Assembly: GCF_006345805.1 (NCBI RefSeq)
Contig: NW_021835225.1
Coordinates: 1-42,310, forward strand
Length of the DNA: 42,310 bases
Origin: Octopus sinensis
Taxonomy: Eukaryota
Direction: 5' to 3'
Positions 1 through 10,429 of this stretch are shown here, piece by piece; the stretch's first letter is position 1, and each line of letters starts with the position of its first letter. The notes beneath the pieces are model-generated. The model did not search any database and was not told the DNA's origin. It was given only the letters and a program-made list of their open reading frames with translations. Position numbers and translations under genes: made by a program.

Positions 1-346
1 GTTCCGAGTTCAAATTCTGCTGAGGTCGACTTTGCCTTTCATCCTTCGGGGTCGATTAAATAAGTACCAGTTACCGCTGGGTGCGATATAATCGACTTAA
101 TCCGTTTGTCTGTCCTTGTTTGTCCTCTCTATGTTTAGGCCCTTGTGGGTAGTAAAGAAATAAGTATTTCGTTTGCCGCTACGTTCTGAGTTCAAATTCC
201 GCTGACGTTGACTTTGCCTTTCATCCTTTCGGGGTCGGTAAATTAAGTAGCAGTTACGCACTGGTGTCGATATAATCGACTTAATCTGTTTGTCTGTCCT
301 TGTTTGTCCCCTCTGTTTGTAGCCCCTTGTAGGCAGTAAAGAAATA
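1..346 (+). mobile_element. SINE family A, head-to-tail dimer (first unit cut by the window edge)
   Basis: Two consecutive copies of gttctgagttcaaattcc...gactttgcctttcatcctttcggggtcgataaattaagtaccag...gtaaagaaata. It has a B-box-like GAGTTCAAATTCC, and the same sequence recurs about 10 times in the window. Confidence 0.9.
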
Positions 347-368
347 AACTGAAAGAAGCCTGTTGTAT

Positions 369-420
<52 letters not shown>

Positions 421-536
421 TGTGTGTGTGTGTGTGTACGTGTGTGCGTGTATGTTTTTGTCTGCCATCACCGCTTCACAACTGGTGTTGGTGTGCTTAC
501 GTTACCGTTTCCCAGCGGTTCGGCAAAAGATATCGA
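346..536 (+). mobile_element. SINE family B, internal fragment with (TA)n(TG)n core
   Basis: aaactgaaagaagcc, then a microsatellite, then caccgcttcacaactggtgttggtgtg...gcggttcggcaaaaga; matches the full copies at 6751 and 15468. Confidence 0.85.
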
Positions 537-539
537 AAA

Positions 540-790
540 AATATGCGCCAGGTGGGCTGCCCACTTGAGTTATGCTCTCTTCAACAATATCTAAATTCTT
601 GGCAGATAGCACGAGAGAAAACCTGTCTGGGACCTTGTCTTCCAAGTTCATGTTCAAGAGCTTTCTCAAGTAACAAATGCGTGTACGGTTTAGCTTTTTA
701 GCGTGGCGTTCGTAAACCGTCCAAATCTCGTAAGGTCATTACGCTAATAATAAACATACGCACTGGTTCAGTTTCACTTCTTTGGTATTA
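540..790 (-). mobile_element. RTE-clade LINE ORF2 relic (region downstream of the RT)
   Basis: Minus-strand translation YEIWTVYERHAKKLN...LRKLLNMNLEDKVPD...LKWAAHL resembles the RTE motifs ETWTxYxRHxxxL, WQDKIPD and LRWAGHV. Stops and frameshifts are present. Confidence 0.75.
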
Positions 791-989
791 TTCTTCAATT
801 TGTTAGCTATTTAGCCATTGAATTAATCAAATTTTTGATTAATCATCCGCTTGATCAATCAATCATTGAAGCTGTCGCGAATGGCGACGGAATCACTTTG
901 ACCAACTGATCGATTGATTTACTGAAAGATTAATAAAATAATCGATTAACTTGTTGGTTGAATAACTAACCAATTGACGAATAATCATA

Positions 990-1282
990 AAGGAGGTCAT
1001 GAGAAAAATAGCCAGACATTTGCAGTTACAGACAAAAAGATGAAATTAGAAAAAGCGGAAACTATTTCATTCTGAAGAAAAATATTCCAAGGTGACTCCT
1101 TTTCAACGCTTCGCTGTATAGTACTGACATGTTTAACCGAGAAATTAAACTAAGATGGACTCGTCTACAGTTGTCATAGTGAGACAGTCAACCTTTATTT
1201 TTGTATAAAGAGGAGCTGAATGTGAACTCAACAAATGATAAAACAACAGCGTTATTTGGATTTAACAGAGAAATTCACAGGA
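990..1282 (+). mobile_element. R4/Dong-like non-LTR reverse transcriptase relic
   Basis: 1082-1099 encodes IFQGDS, as in GIFQGDSLSPL. It is followed by L-LN-G--Y and a decayed LYKEEL in the position of the YMDDL motif. Confidence 0.6.
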
Positions 1283-1690
1283 ACCACGAGGGCTCGGGTT
1301 CAGTTCCACTGCGGGTCTAGTTGGGCAAGTGTCATCTACTACAGTCCTGGACCAACCAGTGGCCTCTGAGTGGATTTAGGAGGCCGGAAACTGTGCAGAA
1401 GCCCCTTGCATCCACACACACACACAGACATGAATGTACGCATGTATGTGTGTATGTATGTATGTTTGTATTTATGCATGTATGTGAGTGTTTGTATTCG
1501 TCTCGTCACTTCTTGACAACCGGTGTGTGTTCGTTTACGTCCCCGTAAATTAGGAGTTCGGCAAAAGAGACCGATAACATCAATGGCACAACTTGAAATG
1601 AGAAATCCATCCTAGGGTTGATTTGTCCATTGAAACTCTTCAAGGTGGTATCCCAGCATGGCCACAATACTATAACAGCAAGAAGTAAAA
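1282..1690 (+). mobile_element. SINE family B, diverged copy
   Basis: gggttcagttccactgcg...ttgggcaagtgtc...ggaaactg, a microsatellite core, and the tail ggtggtatcccagcatggccaca. Confidence 0.85.
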
Positions 1691-1799
1691 CAATATATAT
1701 ATATATAATATGAATTAGAGATAAAACTACTATTATGCAACTCAAACAGTGATAGACATAAACCAATACATAAATAACAAAAATATAATATAATTAATA

Positions 1800-1834
<35 letters not shown>

Positions 1835-2267
1835 GATATTCCAAAAGTAAAAATGAATGATAAATATAATATAAGTAAAAAACACTACGTGCGTTTCATG
1901 GCTATAATTAAATTCGATTACAATTAAGTTTAAATTCAATTGAAATAAATTCGAATTAAAATGATAGTCAATCTTCAGGTTAATGATAATAGTTAAATAA
2001 GTAAGCAAATAGAGTTAAACAATATTTATTTAAGAAATAAAAGAATAATTTTTCTTATAGAAAAAGCTCCATTATCTAAATTAGAAATTTAAAACATTAG
2101 GATTATTTCCTACAATCCATTTATTATATATAAGAAAACAGAAGAGCTCAACTTGAACTCGTCAAATGAAATAAATGAATAAATAAATAATTAAAACAAC
2201 TATTGAACTCGGATTTGTCAGAAAATTTTACATATTACCGATGGCGCCAAGACAACCTTGAAAGAAA

Positions 2268-2673
2268 TTCTTTTCTACTCTAGGCACAAGGCACGAAATT
2301 TTAGGGGTGGTCGGGCGCAGTCTATTACATCGACCGCAGTACGCAACTGGTACTTAATTTATCGACCCCGAAAGGATGAAAGAAAAAAAAATCGACCTCG
2401 GCAGAATTCGAACTCAGAACGAAAAGACAGAAGAAATATCTATTTCTTTATTGCCCACAGGGTGTTAAACACAGAGAGGACAAACAAGGACAGACAAACG
2501 GATTAAGTCGATTATATCGACCCCAGTGCGTAACTGGTACATATTTGATCGACACCAAAAGGATGAAAGGCAAAGTCGACCTTGGCGGAATTTGAACTCA
2601 GAACGTAGCGCCAGGCGAAATACTACTAAGCATTTCGCCTGGCGTGCTAACGTTTCTGCCAGCTCGCCGCCTT
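2268..2673 (-). mobile_element. SINE family A dimer (full type-1 unit joined to a unit with an alternative tail)
   Basis: The reverse complement starts aaggcggcgagctggcagaaacgttagcacgcc. The second unit ends ccacccctaaaatttcgtgccttgtgcctagagtagaaaagaa. Confidence 0.9.
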
Positions 2674-2779
2674 AGAACGTTCATATTAAATGCCCAAAGT
2701 TATATTTGGTCGGAGCGTGTATCGGCCATAATTAATTTTTTAAAAAATATTCCCAAATTTTAGCAGCATTGTAGATGCT

Positions 2780-3389
2780 CAGAGGTTCTTAAACATTTTT
2801 CATCTATGTACCCCTCTGATTACTGTTTTATTCTCGTAGACACCCATAGCCATTTAATGTTTAAAAACTAATTTCATAGAAACTTCTTTCAAAGTTCCTA
2901 TTTTATTTTTCAAACATTAACTTGTGAAGGTTGAATTATGTAAAATGTTAGAACAAGAAACCTAGCTGTTCTTTCCAATATAAACCAATGCAAACAGCTA
3001 AAGTAGGATTTCTCAACCATTTTTTTTTTCTGTGACTCTCTTTGATTACTACTGATATTTTACTCTGGTGAAGCCTCCATAAAACTTAGATGCTTAAAAA
3101 CTAGTTTCAAAATTCCTATTTTGTTTTTCATGCATTCACTTGTGTAGGTTTGCTAGAGAACTCTCTGAAAGAACATGTTTCAGATGCCAGGAACATGATG
3201 AACTAAGGAAAGTGTCAGGGAAAGCAACATAGCTGCTATTTGCAATAAATGCGTTTAAAGCAAAATTTACAAGTACAACCTTAAAATACTACAGTTGATG
3301 TAGTATTTACTATTTTGCTTGCATTAAACTCCCCAAAACTTTATATAGATCCCCAGGGGTCAAATGGACCACCTGCGTCAGAACAAGTG
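2780..3389. mobile_element. Non-autonomous hAT-type element (MITE), decayed, with internal duplication
   Basis: Left end cagaggttcttaaac and right end ccccaggggtcaaatggacc...gtcagaacaagtg. The interior resembles 15216-15465 and 32523-32773, and about 2810-2935 is repeated at about 3040-3150. Confidence 0.55.
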
Positions 3390-3589
3390 CTGTAGATTAA
3401 CAATTAAAACCAAGATATATGTCAATATAAAAATTAAAAGAATATTGGTGCCAATATACTATGTGTGTTTGTAATAAGTTACGTTGTAATTAGTTGAATG
3501 TTAAACAAACTAATAAGATTAGTCAGGAAACAATGAAACATATTACTGCGTTTAGATTTTCTTTTTACATTTTTGAGTGTGGGGAATCA

Positions 3590-3818
3590 TAAACCAGTTA
3601 CCCTGTTTCCATGGCAATTAAATGACCAAGACCACAACATCACCCCTAATCAGGATGTCGGTCCGTTGCACGGTTGAAGGCCAGTAATTTTTGAAGATAG
3701 GGTTCAAGTTGATTACATTGATTTCGGTAGTTGATTGGTATTTTTATCGATCCTCATTGGTGGGATTTAAACGCAGAACGTAAAAAGGTGGTAACGATTT
3801 CGGCCAGCTCACCGCCCT
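3590..3818 (-). mobile_element. Old SINE fragments (C-type tail followed by family A)
   Basis: Degenerate ccctgtttccatggc...ggatgtcggtccgttgca, then gattacattga...tggtatttttatcga...ggccagctcaccgcc. Confidence 0.55.
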
Positions 3819-3883
3819 GATTTTAAAATGCACCACCGAAAATCCGATTTAAAAAAATATAATAATTATTATTTTTTAAAAAT

Positions 3884-4558
3884 TTTTATCTAGTTTCAGC
3901 TCACGAGCTGTGGCCATGCTGGGGCACCGCCATTTGGTGTTGCTACATGATTTTACTTCACGAATGCTTTTTAGCAATTGCCATTTGGTGCATGAGAGAG
4001 TTCGATGCAGCTTCCCTCATCTGCACCTCCTGTCGCGAAGTTGGTTCATCTGGGACACCTGACAGGAAGAGATCCAGTTTTATTTTAAAGACATCTGCAT
4101 CCACCCCATGCAGGTCTCTTAGGTTCTTCGGGAGGATATTGAAGAGCTGTGGGCCTCGGAAGCCCAGGCTATCGCAGTATCTTGTCCTACATCTTGAAAG
4201 CAAATTTGGAGTCCAGTGGCGCCCAGTTCTAGTATAGGTGTAATTCTCGATGCCAATGTTTGGGACAAGTCCTTCTAGGATCTTCCAGATGTATATTATG
4301 GCATATCTTTCTCGCTTACGCTCTAAGGAATAGAGTCTTAATATCTTGAGTCTTTCCCAGTAGCTCATATGCTGCACAGAGGCTATCTTCTTCGTGTAGC
4401 TTCGTTGGATTGCCTCAAGTTCTGTGATCAACTTGACACTGGATGGTGACCATAGCTGAGAGCAATAGTCAAAGTGGCTTAGGACAAATGTCCTCCAGAG
4501 GACTATCATGGTTTCCTGGTCTCTTGTTCTGAAGATTCTAAGAATCCACCTTGTCAGA
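3884..4558 (-). mobile_element. 5'-truncated CR1-group (CR1/L2-like) LINE: ORF2 C-terminus and 3' UTR
   Basis: Open frame 4558-3958: WILRIFRTRD, HFDYCSQLWSP, LEAIQRSYTK, SYWERLKILRLYSLERKRERY, GPQLFNILP, FKIKLDLFL-VPDEP, AASNSL. The short 3' UTR ends ggcggtgccccagcatggccacagctcgtgagctgaaactagataaaa. Confidence 0.9.
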
Positions 4559-4956
4559 TATATAACAAAAACAAAAATGTATTCACTTCGAATACAAGTA
4601 GATACGGGTACTTTGAAACAGGCAAATTAGAAAAAAAGATATCCATTGTAACAGTAGCTCTCAGCACTTTTTCGGTCATGTACCCTATCTTGGAATTTGA
4701 AATTTTTCTACAGACCCCTAAAGTATTATTAGAGAAAAAAGTAATGAATTTTTGATACTAGAACACGTCGCTTTTGGAAAAAATTGAAAACCTTTAATAA
4801 AAATGAAATTTGTAAAATTTATCAAAAAGTAACAAAATTTTATGTCTTGTTTTAAATTAGTTTTATTATGAAATTTATTTATATGGATGTTTAAAAACTG
4901 ATAATTTCTAATAAAACAACATCTGAACAAAAATTTGAAACTAGATAAAATAAAAT

Positions 4957-4957
<1 letters not shown>

Positions 4958-4997
<40 letters not shown>

Positions 4998-5066
4998 TAA
5001 TAATAATAATAATAATAATGATGATAATAATAATAATAATAATGATAATGATGATGATAATGATAC

Positions 5067-5110
<44 letters not shown>

Positions 5111-5132
5111 TAATAATAACAATAATATAATA

Positions 5133-5169
<37 letters not shown>

Positions 5170-5196
5170 TATAGATAAATATTAAATAAATATATA

Positions 5197-5229
<33 letters not shown>

Positions 5230-5235
5230 ATTATT
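4958..5235. repeat. (AAT)n / (GAT)n microsatellite grading into (TA)n
   Basis: Read directly from the sequence. Confidence 0.95.
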
Positions 5236-5522
5236 TAAGATATTCTTTTTCAAAGGTGACCTGTTTTTTGCATTAACGGAATAAACTCCATAAAAATATT
5301 AGCGTCTATTAATTGCACATTTATTCTCTGTTATTCTAATTCACAAAAAAAAAAAACAAGAATATATTCTGGATTCAATGAATCAACGATTTATTATCAT
5401 ACATTATTTTCTCCACATGACACACAGAACATAAAACTTCTTTTGACACCCAGAAAATTAATAGCTTCTAAAAAGTGATTACTTTTTGATCACAACGATA
5501 AAACCTTTTAGGCGTAGCTACC

Positions 5523-5905
5523 GGCGCAGACGTGGCTGTGTGTTAAGAAGAAGCTTGCTTCCCAACCACATGGTTTCGAGTTCAATCTCACTGCGTGGTA
5601 CCTTGGGCAAATGTCTTCTGCTATAGCTTCGGTTCTACCAAAGCTTTGCGAGTGGATTTGGCAGAAGGAAACTGAAAGAAGCACGTCGTAGTTATATATG
5701 TGTGTGTGGGGGGGGTGCATCTTTGTGTCGTTGTTTGTCCCCCATCACCGCCTGACAACCGCTGTTGGTGTTTTTATGTCCCCATAACTTAGCGAGTACC
5801 AGACTCGAAATACAAAGTGTACAGGAGTCGAGTCGTTAGACTAGAACTCCTTCAAGGCGGTGCCCCAGTATGGCCGCAGTTTAGTTACTGAAAATAATAT
5901 AAGAT
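5523..5905 (+). mobile_element. SINE family B, near full length
   Basis: Head ggcgcagacgtggctgtgtgttaagaag, B-box-like gagttcaatc, tail ggcggtgccccagtatggccgcag...ctgaaa. Confidence 0.9.
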
Positions 5906-6282
5906 ATTACCTCTTTACTGTATTTGTTTCAGCAACATCGTCCTGGCTGACGCAGTTTCGCAAGTTTTTCCATGCCAGGGCCCCTGGTTATTAGAGACAA
6001 AGAAAAATTACCTCTATTTAAGATTTCCAAAGCTATTCAGATCTTTTGATTGCAGGAAAAACAGTTGGTGAAGACCTGAGTCAAATAGGTAAGAAGTAGG
6101 AAAGACAATGAAACATAATTTTACATCCTGCCAAATTATTTCAAAGCAATTTCACCACTTAACCAGTTATTGAGCCCATGGTTAAATTTAGCTTCAGAAG
6201 TTAGGTTCCTCTGCAACTCAGTAAATATTTCTTGTAGTATGATGCCAGCATCAGCACCATTTGTTCCAAATGGGTCTACCAT

Positions 6283-6590
6283 TGTTGATATTGTTCCTTC
6301 TCGAGCCATGCCTGGCTCATTAGGGCCGGTTTTCCGGTTACCTTGGCGTATAGGTTCCCCACTTGGACGGGACGCCGGTCCGTCGCAGGTGAGCTGCAAG
6401 ATGCAGGAGGAAAGAGTGAGAGAAAGTTGTGGCAAAAGAGTCAGCAGAAGTACGCCATTACCTTCTGCTGGAGCCGCGTGGAGCTTAGGTGTTTCGCTCA
6501 TAAACACACATATCGCCCGGTCTGAGATTCGAACCCGCGATCCCTCGACCGCGAGTCCGCTGCTCCAACCACTAGACCATGTGCCTCCAC
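6283..6590 (-). mobile_element. tRNA-headed SINE, family C' (well preserved)
   Basis: The reverse complement has A box tggtctagtgg and B box gggttcgaatc. The tail cctgcgacggaccggcgtcccgtcc...aaaccggccc is shared with family C at 22774. It splits the hAT frame between KLP and MVDPF. Confidence 0.85.
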
Positions 6591-6750
6591 ATTCCACTTG
6601 GAAGTTTTATTTCTAGGAGATCATTTAACCTAATTTCCATTTCTCTCTATAATTTCTTCAAGTGCTCAGTGTACATTGAAATATCATTCTCTTACTGCTC
6701 CTCCTGAATACTAGCAAGGGTTTGAAAATTATCAAATCCTTAGGCCTAAT

Positions 6751-7163
6751 CTTTCTTTTTCTTTTTTACTTGTTTCAGTCATTTGACTGCGGCCATGCTG
6801 GAGCACCGCCTTTAGTCGAGAAAATCGACCCCGGGACTTATTCTTTGTAAGCCCAGTACTTATTCTATCGGTCTCTTTTGCCGAACCGCTAGGTGACGGG
6901 GACGTAAACACACCAGCATCGTTTGTCAAGCGATGCTAGGGAGACAAACACAGACACACAAAAACATACACACACATACCCATATATATATACATATATA
7001 CGACAGGCTTCTTTCAGTTTCCGTCTACCAAATCCACTCACAAGGCTTTGGTCGGCCCCAGGCTATAGTAGAAAACACTTACCCAAGGTGCCACGCAGTG
7101 GGACTGAACCCGGAACCATGTGGTTGGTTAGCAAGCTACTTACCACACAGCCGCTCCTGCGCC
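6751..7163 (-). mobile_element. SINE family B, full length
   Basis: The reverse complement runs ggcgcaggagcggctgtgtggtaag...gggttcagtccc...(TA/TG core)...ggcggtgctccagcatggccgcagtcaaatgactgaaacaagtaaaa. A short cctaat repeat flanks both ends. Confidence 0.95.
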
Positions 7164-7528
7164 TAATATCTATCTAACTTTATCTATCCTGAATAGATAA
7201 AGTTTTCCAAGGAAAATTATAAGATTTATACTTTTACTTCGTAGCGAATTGTTCAGCAAATTTAGCTTCTCAAATACTGAAAGCTAGAAGGTATCACATT
7301 TGGCAGCTAGGATTTCTTCTCCAGGCTGTTTACTATTCAGAAAAAAATACAGCACTGTCTCCAAAGGTCGACGAATCGGTGCAGGCAATTAATCTTAGAG
7401 ATTGTCACCGGATGTATGGATTTTAAAGAAGTAACTTCATATTTAATTCATACAAGACATTTCTATGGTAACCTGATTCTTTATTCATCGATGGTAAATT
7501 ATGATCAAAATATCAAATAAATTCTTGT

Positions 7529-7960
7529 CTTTTATTTTATTCTTTTATTCTTTTACTTGTTTCAGTCATTTGACCGCGGCCATGCTGGAGCACCGCATTT
7601 AGTCGAGCAAATCGACCCCAGGACTTATTCTTTGTAAGCCCAGTACTTATTCTATTGCCGAACTGCCAAATTACGGGGACGTAAACACACCAGCATCGGT
7701 TGTCAAGCGATGTTTGGGTGGGGGGGGGGGCAAACATAGCCACTCAAACACACAAAGACACACACACACACACATATATATATATATTATATACATATAT
7801 ACGACGGGCTTCTTTCAGTTTCCGTCTACCAATCCCTCACAAGGCTTTGGTCGGCCCGAGCTATAGTAGAAGACACTTGCCCAAGGTGCCACTCAGTGGA
7901 CTGAACCCGGAACCATGTGGTTGGTAAGCAAGCAACTTACCACACAGCCACTCCTGTGCC
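7529..7960 (-). mobile_element. SINE family B, full length
   Basis: Same head, core and tail as 6751-7163; the tail ends in short A-rich repeats. Confidence 0.95.
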
Positions 7961-8199
7961 TATATATTTATTAATATTATTTTTTTGTTATGAAAAATCT
8001 CATAAGAGAGAAGCTTCATTATGTGTATGCGTATATATGCGTGTGTATATAAGTTTGTGTATGAATGTTAGTTTTCGTGGGTAATTTTTTTTAAAATTCC
8101 ACAATAATAGAAAATTTTAGGAGAGACTGAGTGAAAATTGTGCCCCCTATTCATTAAGCCTGTGCCATCCTCAGTAAATCCAAATTGTTTGTGGTGCCA

Positions 8200-9142
8200 C
8201 TAAACGTTGCTGTGATCAGCATTGTAGGGCTACTGAAATCTCGAGTAAATGTTAATGAAGAATTAATGCAAATAGCTATCAAATACGACCCCTTCCCTGT
8301 TTTTTTTTTTTTTCATTTTCAAAGAAGTCAATCAGGGGTTGCATTATCAAAAACAATGAAAGAGACCGCGAAACAGCTAATATCTAAACTAAAATTTGGG
8401 ACTACAAAATGTTATGATAAAAATATGTGAACAGAAAGCCATCCATAGCCAATATTAGGAAAAACTGAACGGAGTAGAAATACACAAAGAAAAATTCCAA
8501 CAGTAGTTTAGAAATGCAGAATCCAAAGCAGATATTGAAGGTTTCTTGACTATGGCATAAGGCCAAAGCTGCCCTGCAAAAACCCCCACCAAAAACATAT
8601 AACGATTAGAATACACTTAATGCAGAGTATGTGGAGAATAAACAATTAACCATATCATCCCTGGCTGCTCAGTCTGAGCCAATATATTCACAGACGTCAC
8701 AGAGTTAGGATTTTCATACCAAGGAACTGATGCCCAACATCAAATACCAACAGAAAACATATGGCATCGAGATATACTAGAAAAGGGCCTCCGAGGATGG
8801 CAAAGTAACAATATTCTAGGATTGCCGATAAAAACGGTCAAAGATCCCAAGAAAAAAAGATATAATTTCAATTCAGTAATTCAGTTCCAGCAGAGGAGAT
8901 CAAGAAGTAATCTGAATATAATGCCCTGAAAATAAAGTTAACCCTAACATAGGGCCAAGAATAAACAGAAACAATCCCTTTAATAATGAATGCTTTAGGA
9001 TTCCTCAAATCATGCAGATACATATAAGGCCACAAAACCCCAGATTTAAAATATGTATAACGTACAGAATATAGCACTGCTGGGTATTGTTATAATCACA
9101 AATCACATTGGGTGATTTTAAGCGCCCAGTAAATGGCACCTC
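8200..9142 (+). mobile_element. R4/Dong-clade (restriction-like endonuclease) non-LTR retrotransposon, 3' relic
   Basis: Translation gives KAIHSQY, KADIEGFL, a CCHC knuckle CRVCGE-TINHIIPGC at about 8621-8669, YIHRRHRV, KVTIF-D, TETIPLIMNALG and VQNIALLG, in the order seen in R4/Dong ORFs. It has many stops and runs into (AAT)n. Confidence 0.85.
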
Positions 9143-9192
<50 letters not shown>

Positions 9193-9289
9193 TAATAATG
9201 ATAATAATAATGATAATAATAATAATAATAATAATAAGTAAAAATAATAATAATAATGATAATAATAATAATTGTAATAGTAATAATAA
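9143..9289. repeat. (AAT)n microsatellite
   Basis: Read directly from the sequence. Confidence 0.95.
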
Positions 9290-9556
9290 GGGTGGTTCTT
9301 TCAACATCCTTAAACAACCCTTATTCAGGGACCGTTTGAGCGGGATGGGCTACTCAACCTGAAGAAAATTCTAACTGGGCCCCACCTGCAAGGTCATGTG
9401 CTGTTTATCTTGATATGAGATCACCATGTCGCGCACATATGGTTGTGATGCATGTGCCTGGTGTACCTTTATCAGACGGGTAGTCATGATGGGTATATTG
9501 GGCTTCGTATATTTTACCCCAGTGTCACTTTGATGGCATGAACTGCTCTCTCACTC
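9290..9556 (+). mobile_element. Family D retro-element 3' end, 5'-truncated, with (AAT)n tail
   Basis: Differs from 10072-10337 by only about 2 positions on hand comparison. It ends ctctctcactc followed by (aat)n. Confidence 0.8.
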
Positions 9557-9593
9557 AATAATAATAATAAAATTAATAATAATAATAGTAATA

Positions 9594-9636
<43 letters not shown>

Positions 9637-9826
9637 TCATAATAATAATAATAATAATAATAAAAATAAAATAATAATAATATATAATAATAATAAAAAT
9701 AATAATAATAATAATAAAAATTATAATAATAATATAATAATAATAATAAAATAATATAATAATAATAATATAATAATAATAATAATAATAACATAATAAT
9801 AATTAATAAAAATCATAATAATAATA

Positions 9827-9861
<35 letters not shown>

Positions 9862-9920
9862 TAATAATAATAAAAATTAATTGATAATAATAATAATATA
9901 AAATAAAAATAATAATAATA
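9557..9920. repeat. Imperfect (AAT)n microsatellite
   Basis: Read directly from the sequence. Confidence 0.95.
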
Positions 9921-10337
9921 CTCGTCAGTTGTTTGACCTTACGCAGTTGAGCATGTCCCTTAGTGGATGACGATATGTGCATCTCTGATCACGAGCAGAA
10001 GTAGTGGGGGAGCATCATAGCCATGTGTTGAGAGGGATCTTTGGGTTTGAATAATTCACCTCTGGAAACATGGGTGGTTCTTTCACATCCTTAAACAACC
10101 CTTATTCAGGGACCGTTTGAGCGGGATGGGCTACTCAACCTGAAGAAAATTCTAACTGGGCCCCACCTGCAAGGTCATGTGCTGTTTATCTTGATATGAG
10201 ATCACCATGTCGCGCACATATGGTTGTGATGCATGTGCCTGGTGTACCTTTATCAGACGGGTAGTCATGATGGGTATATTGGGCTTCGTATATTTTACCC
10301 CAGTGTCACTTTGATGGCATGCACTGCTCTCTCACTC
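9921..10337 (+). mobile_element. Family D retro-element 3' end, longer copy, with (AAT)n tail to 10428
   Basis: Contains all of 9290-9556 plus about 150 nt more on the 5' side. That extra part matches about 10533-10720. Confidence 0.8.

Positions 10338-10428
<91 letters not shown>

Positions 10429-10429
<1 letters not shown>

Larger units (their letters stand above)
5950..7480 (-). mobile_element. hAT transposase relic (Buster/SCAND3-ZBED-like), interrupted by two SINEs
   Basis: Minus-strand segments read SKINCLHRFVDLW, VFEKLNLLNNSL, YTEHLKKL-REMEIRLNDLLEIKLP, MVDPF...LQEIFTELQ, WQDVKLCFIVFPTSYL and LEILNRG. These are collinear with the C-terminal half and dimerisation domain of Buster-type hAT transposases. 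Confidence 0.75.

Noticed and set aside
810-985. Cluster of gattaatc/atcgatt motifs as a DNA-transposon subterminal array
   Set aside because: No termini, TSD or second copy is visible in the window.
4936-4950. 15-nt inverted copy of the LINE terminus (tgaaactagataaaa, matching 3884-3898)
   Set aside because: It is short and AT-rich in very AT-rich flanks, so a chance match cannot be distinguished from a tiny second insertion.
6515-6590. tRNA gene (also the heads at 22774, 7100-7163 and others)
   Set aside because: A and B boxes are present, but each continues into a repeated SINE body and I could not build a full cloverleaf with an acceptor stem.
6136-6616. 153-aa and 148-aa overlapping ORFs as a real gene
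   Set aside because: They span a SINE C' insertion plus a piece of the hAT relic, so they are chimeric read-throughs.
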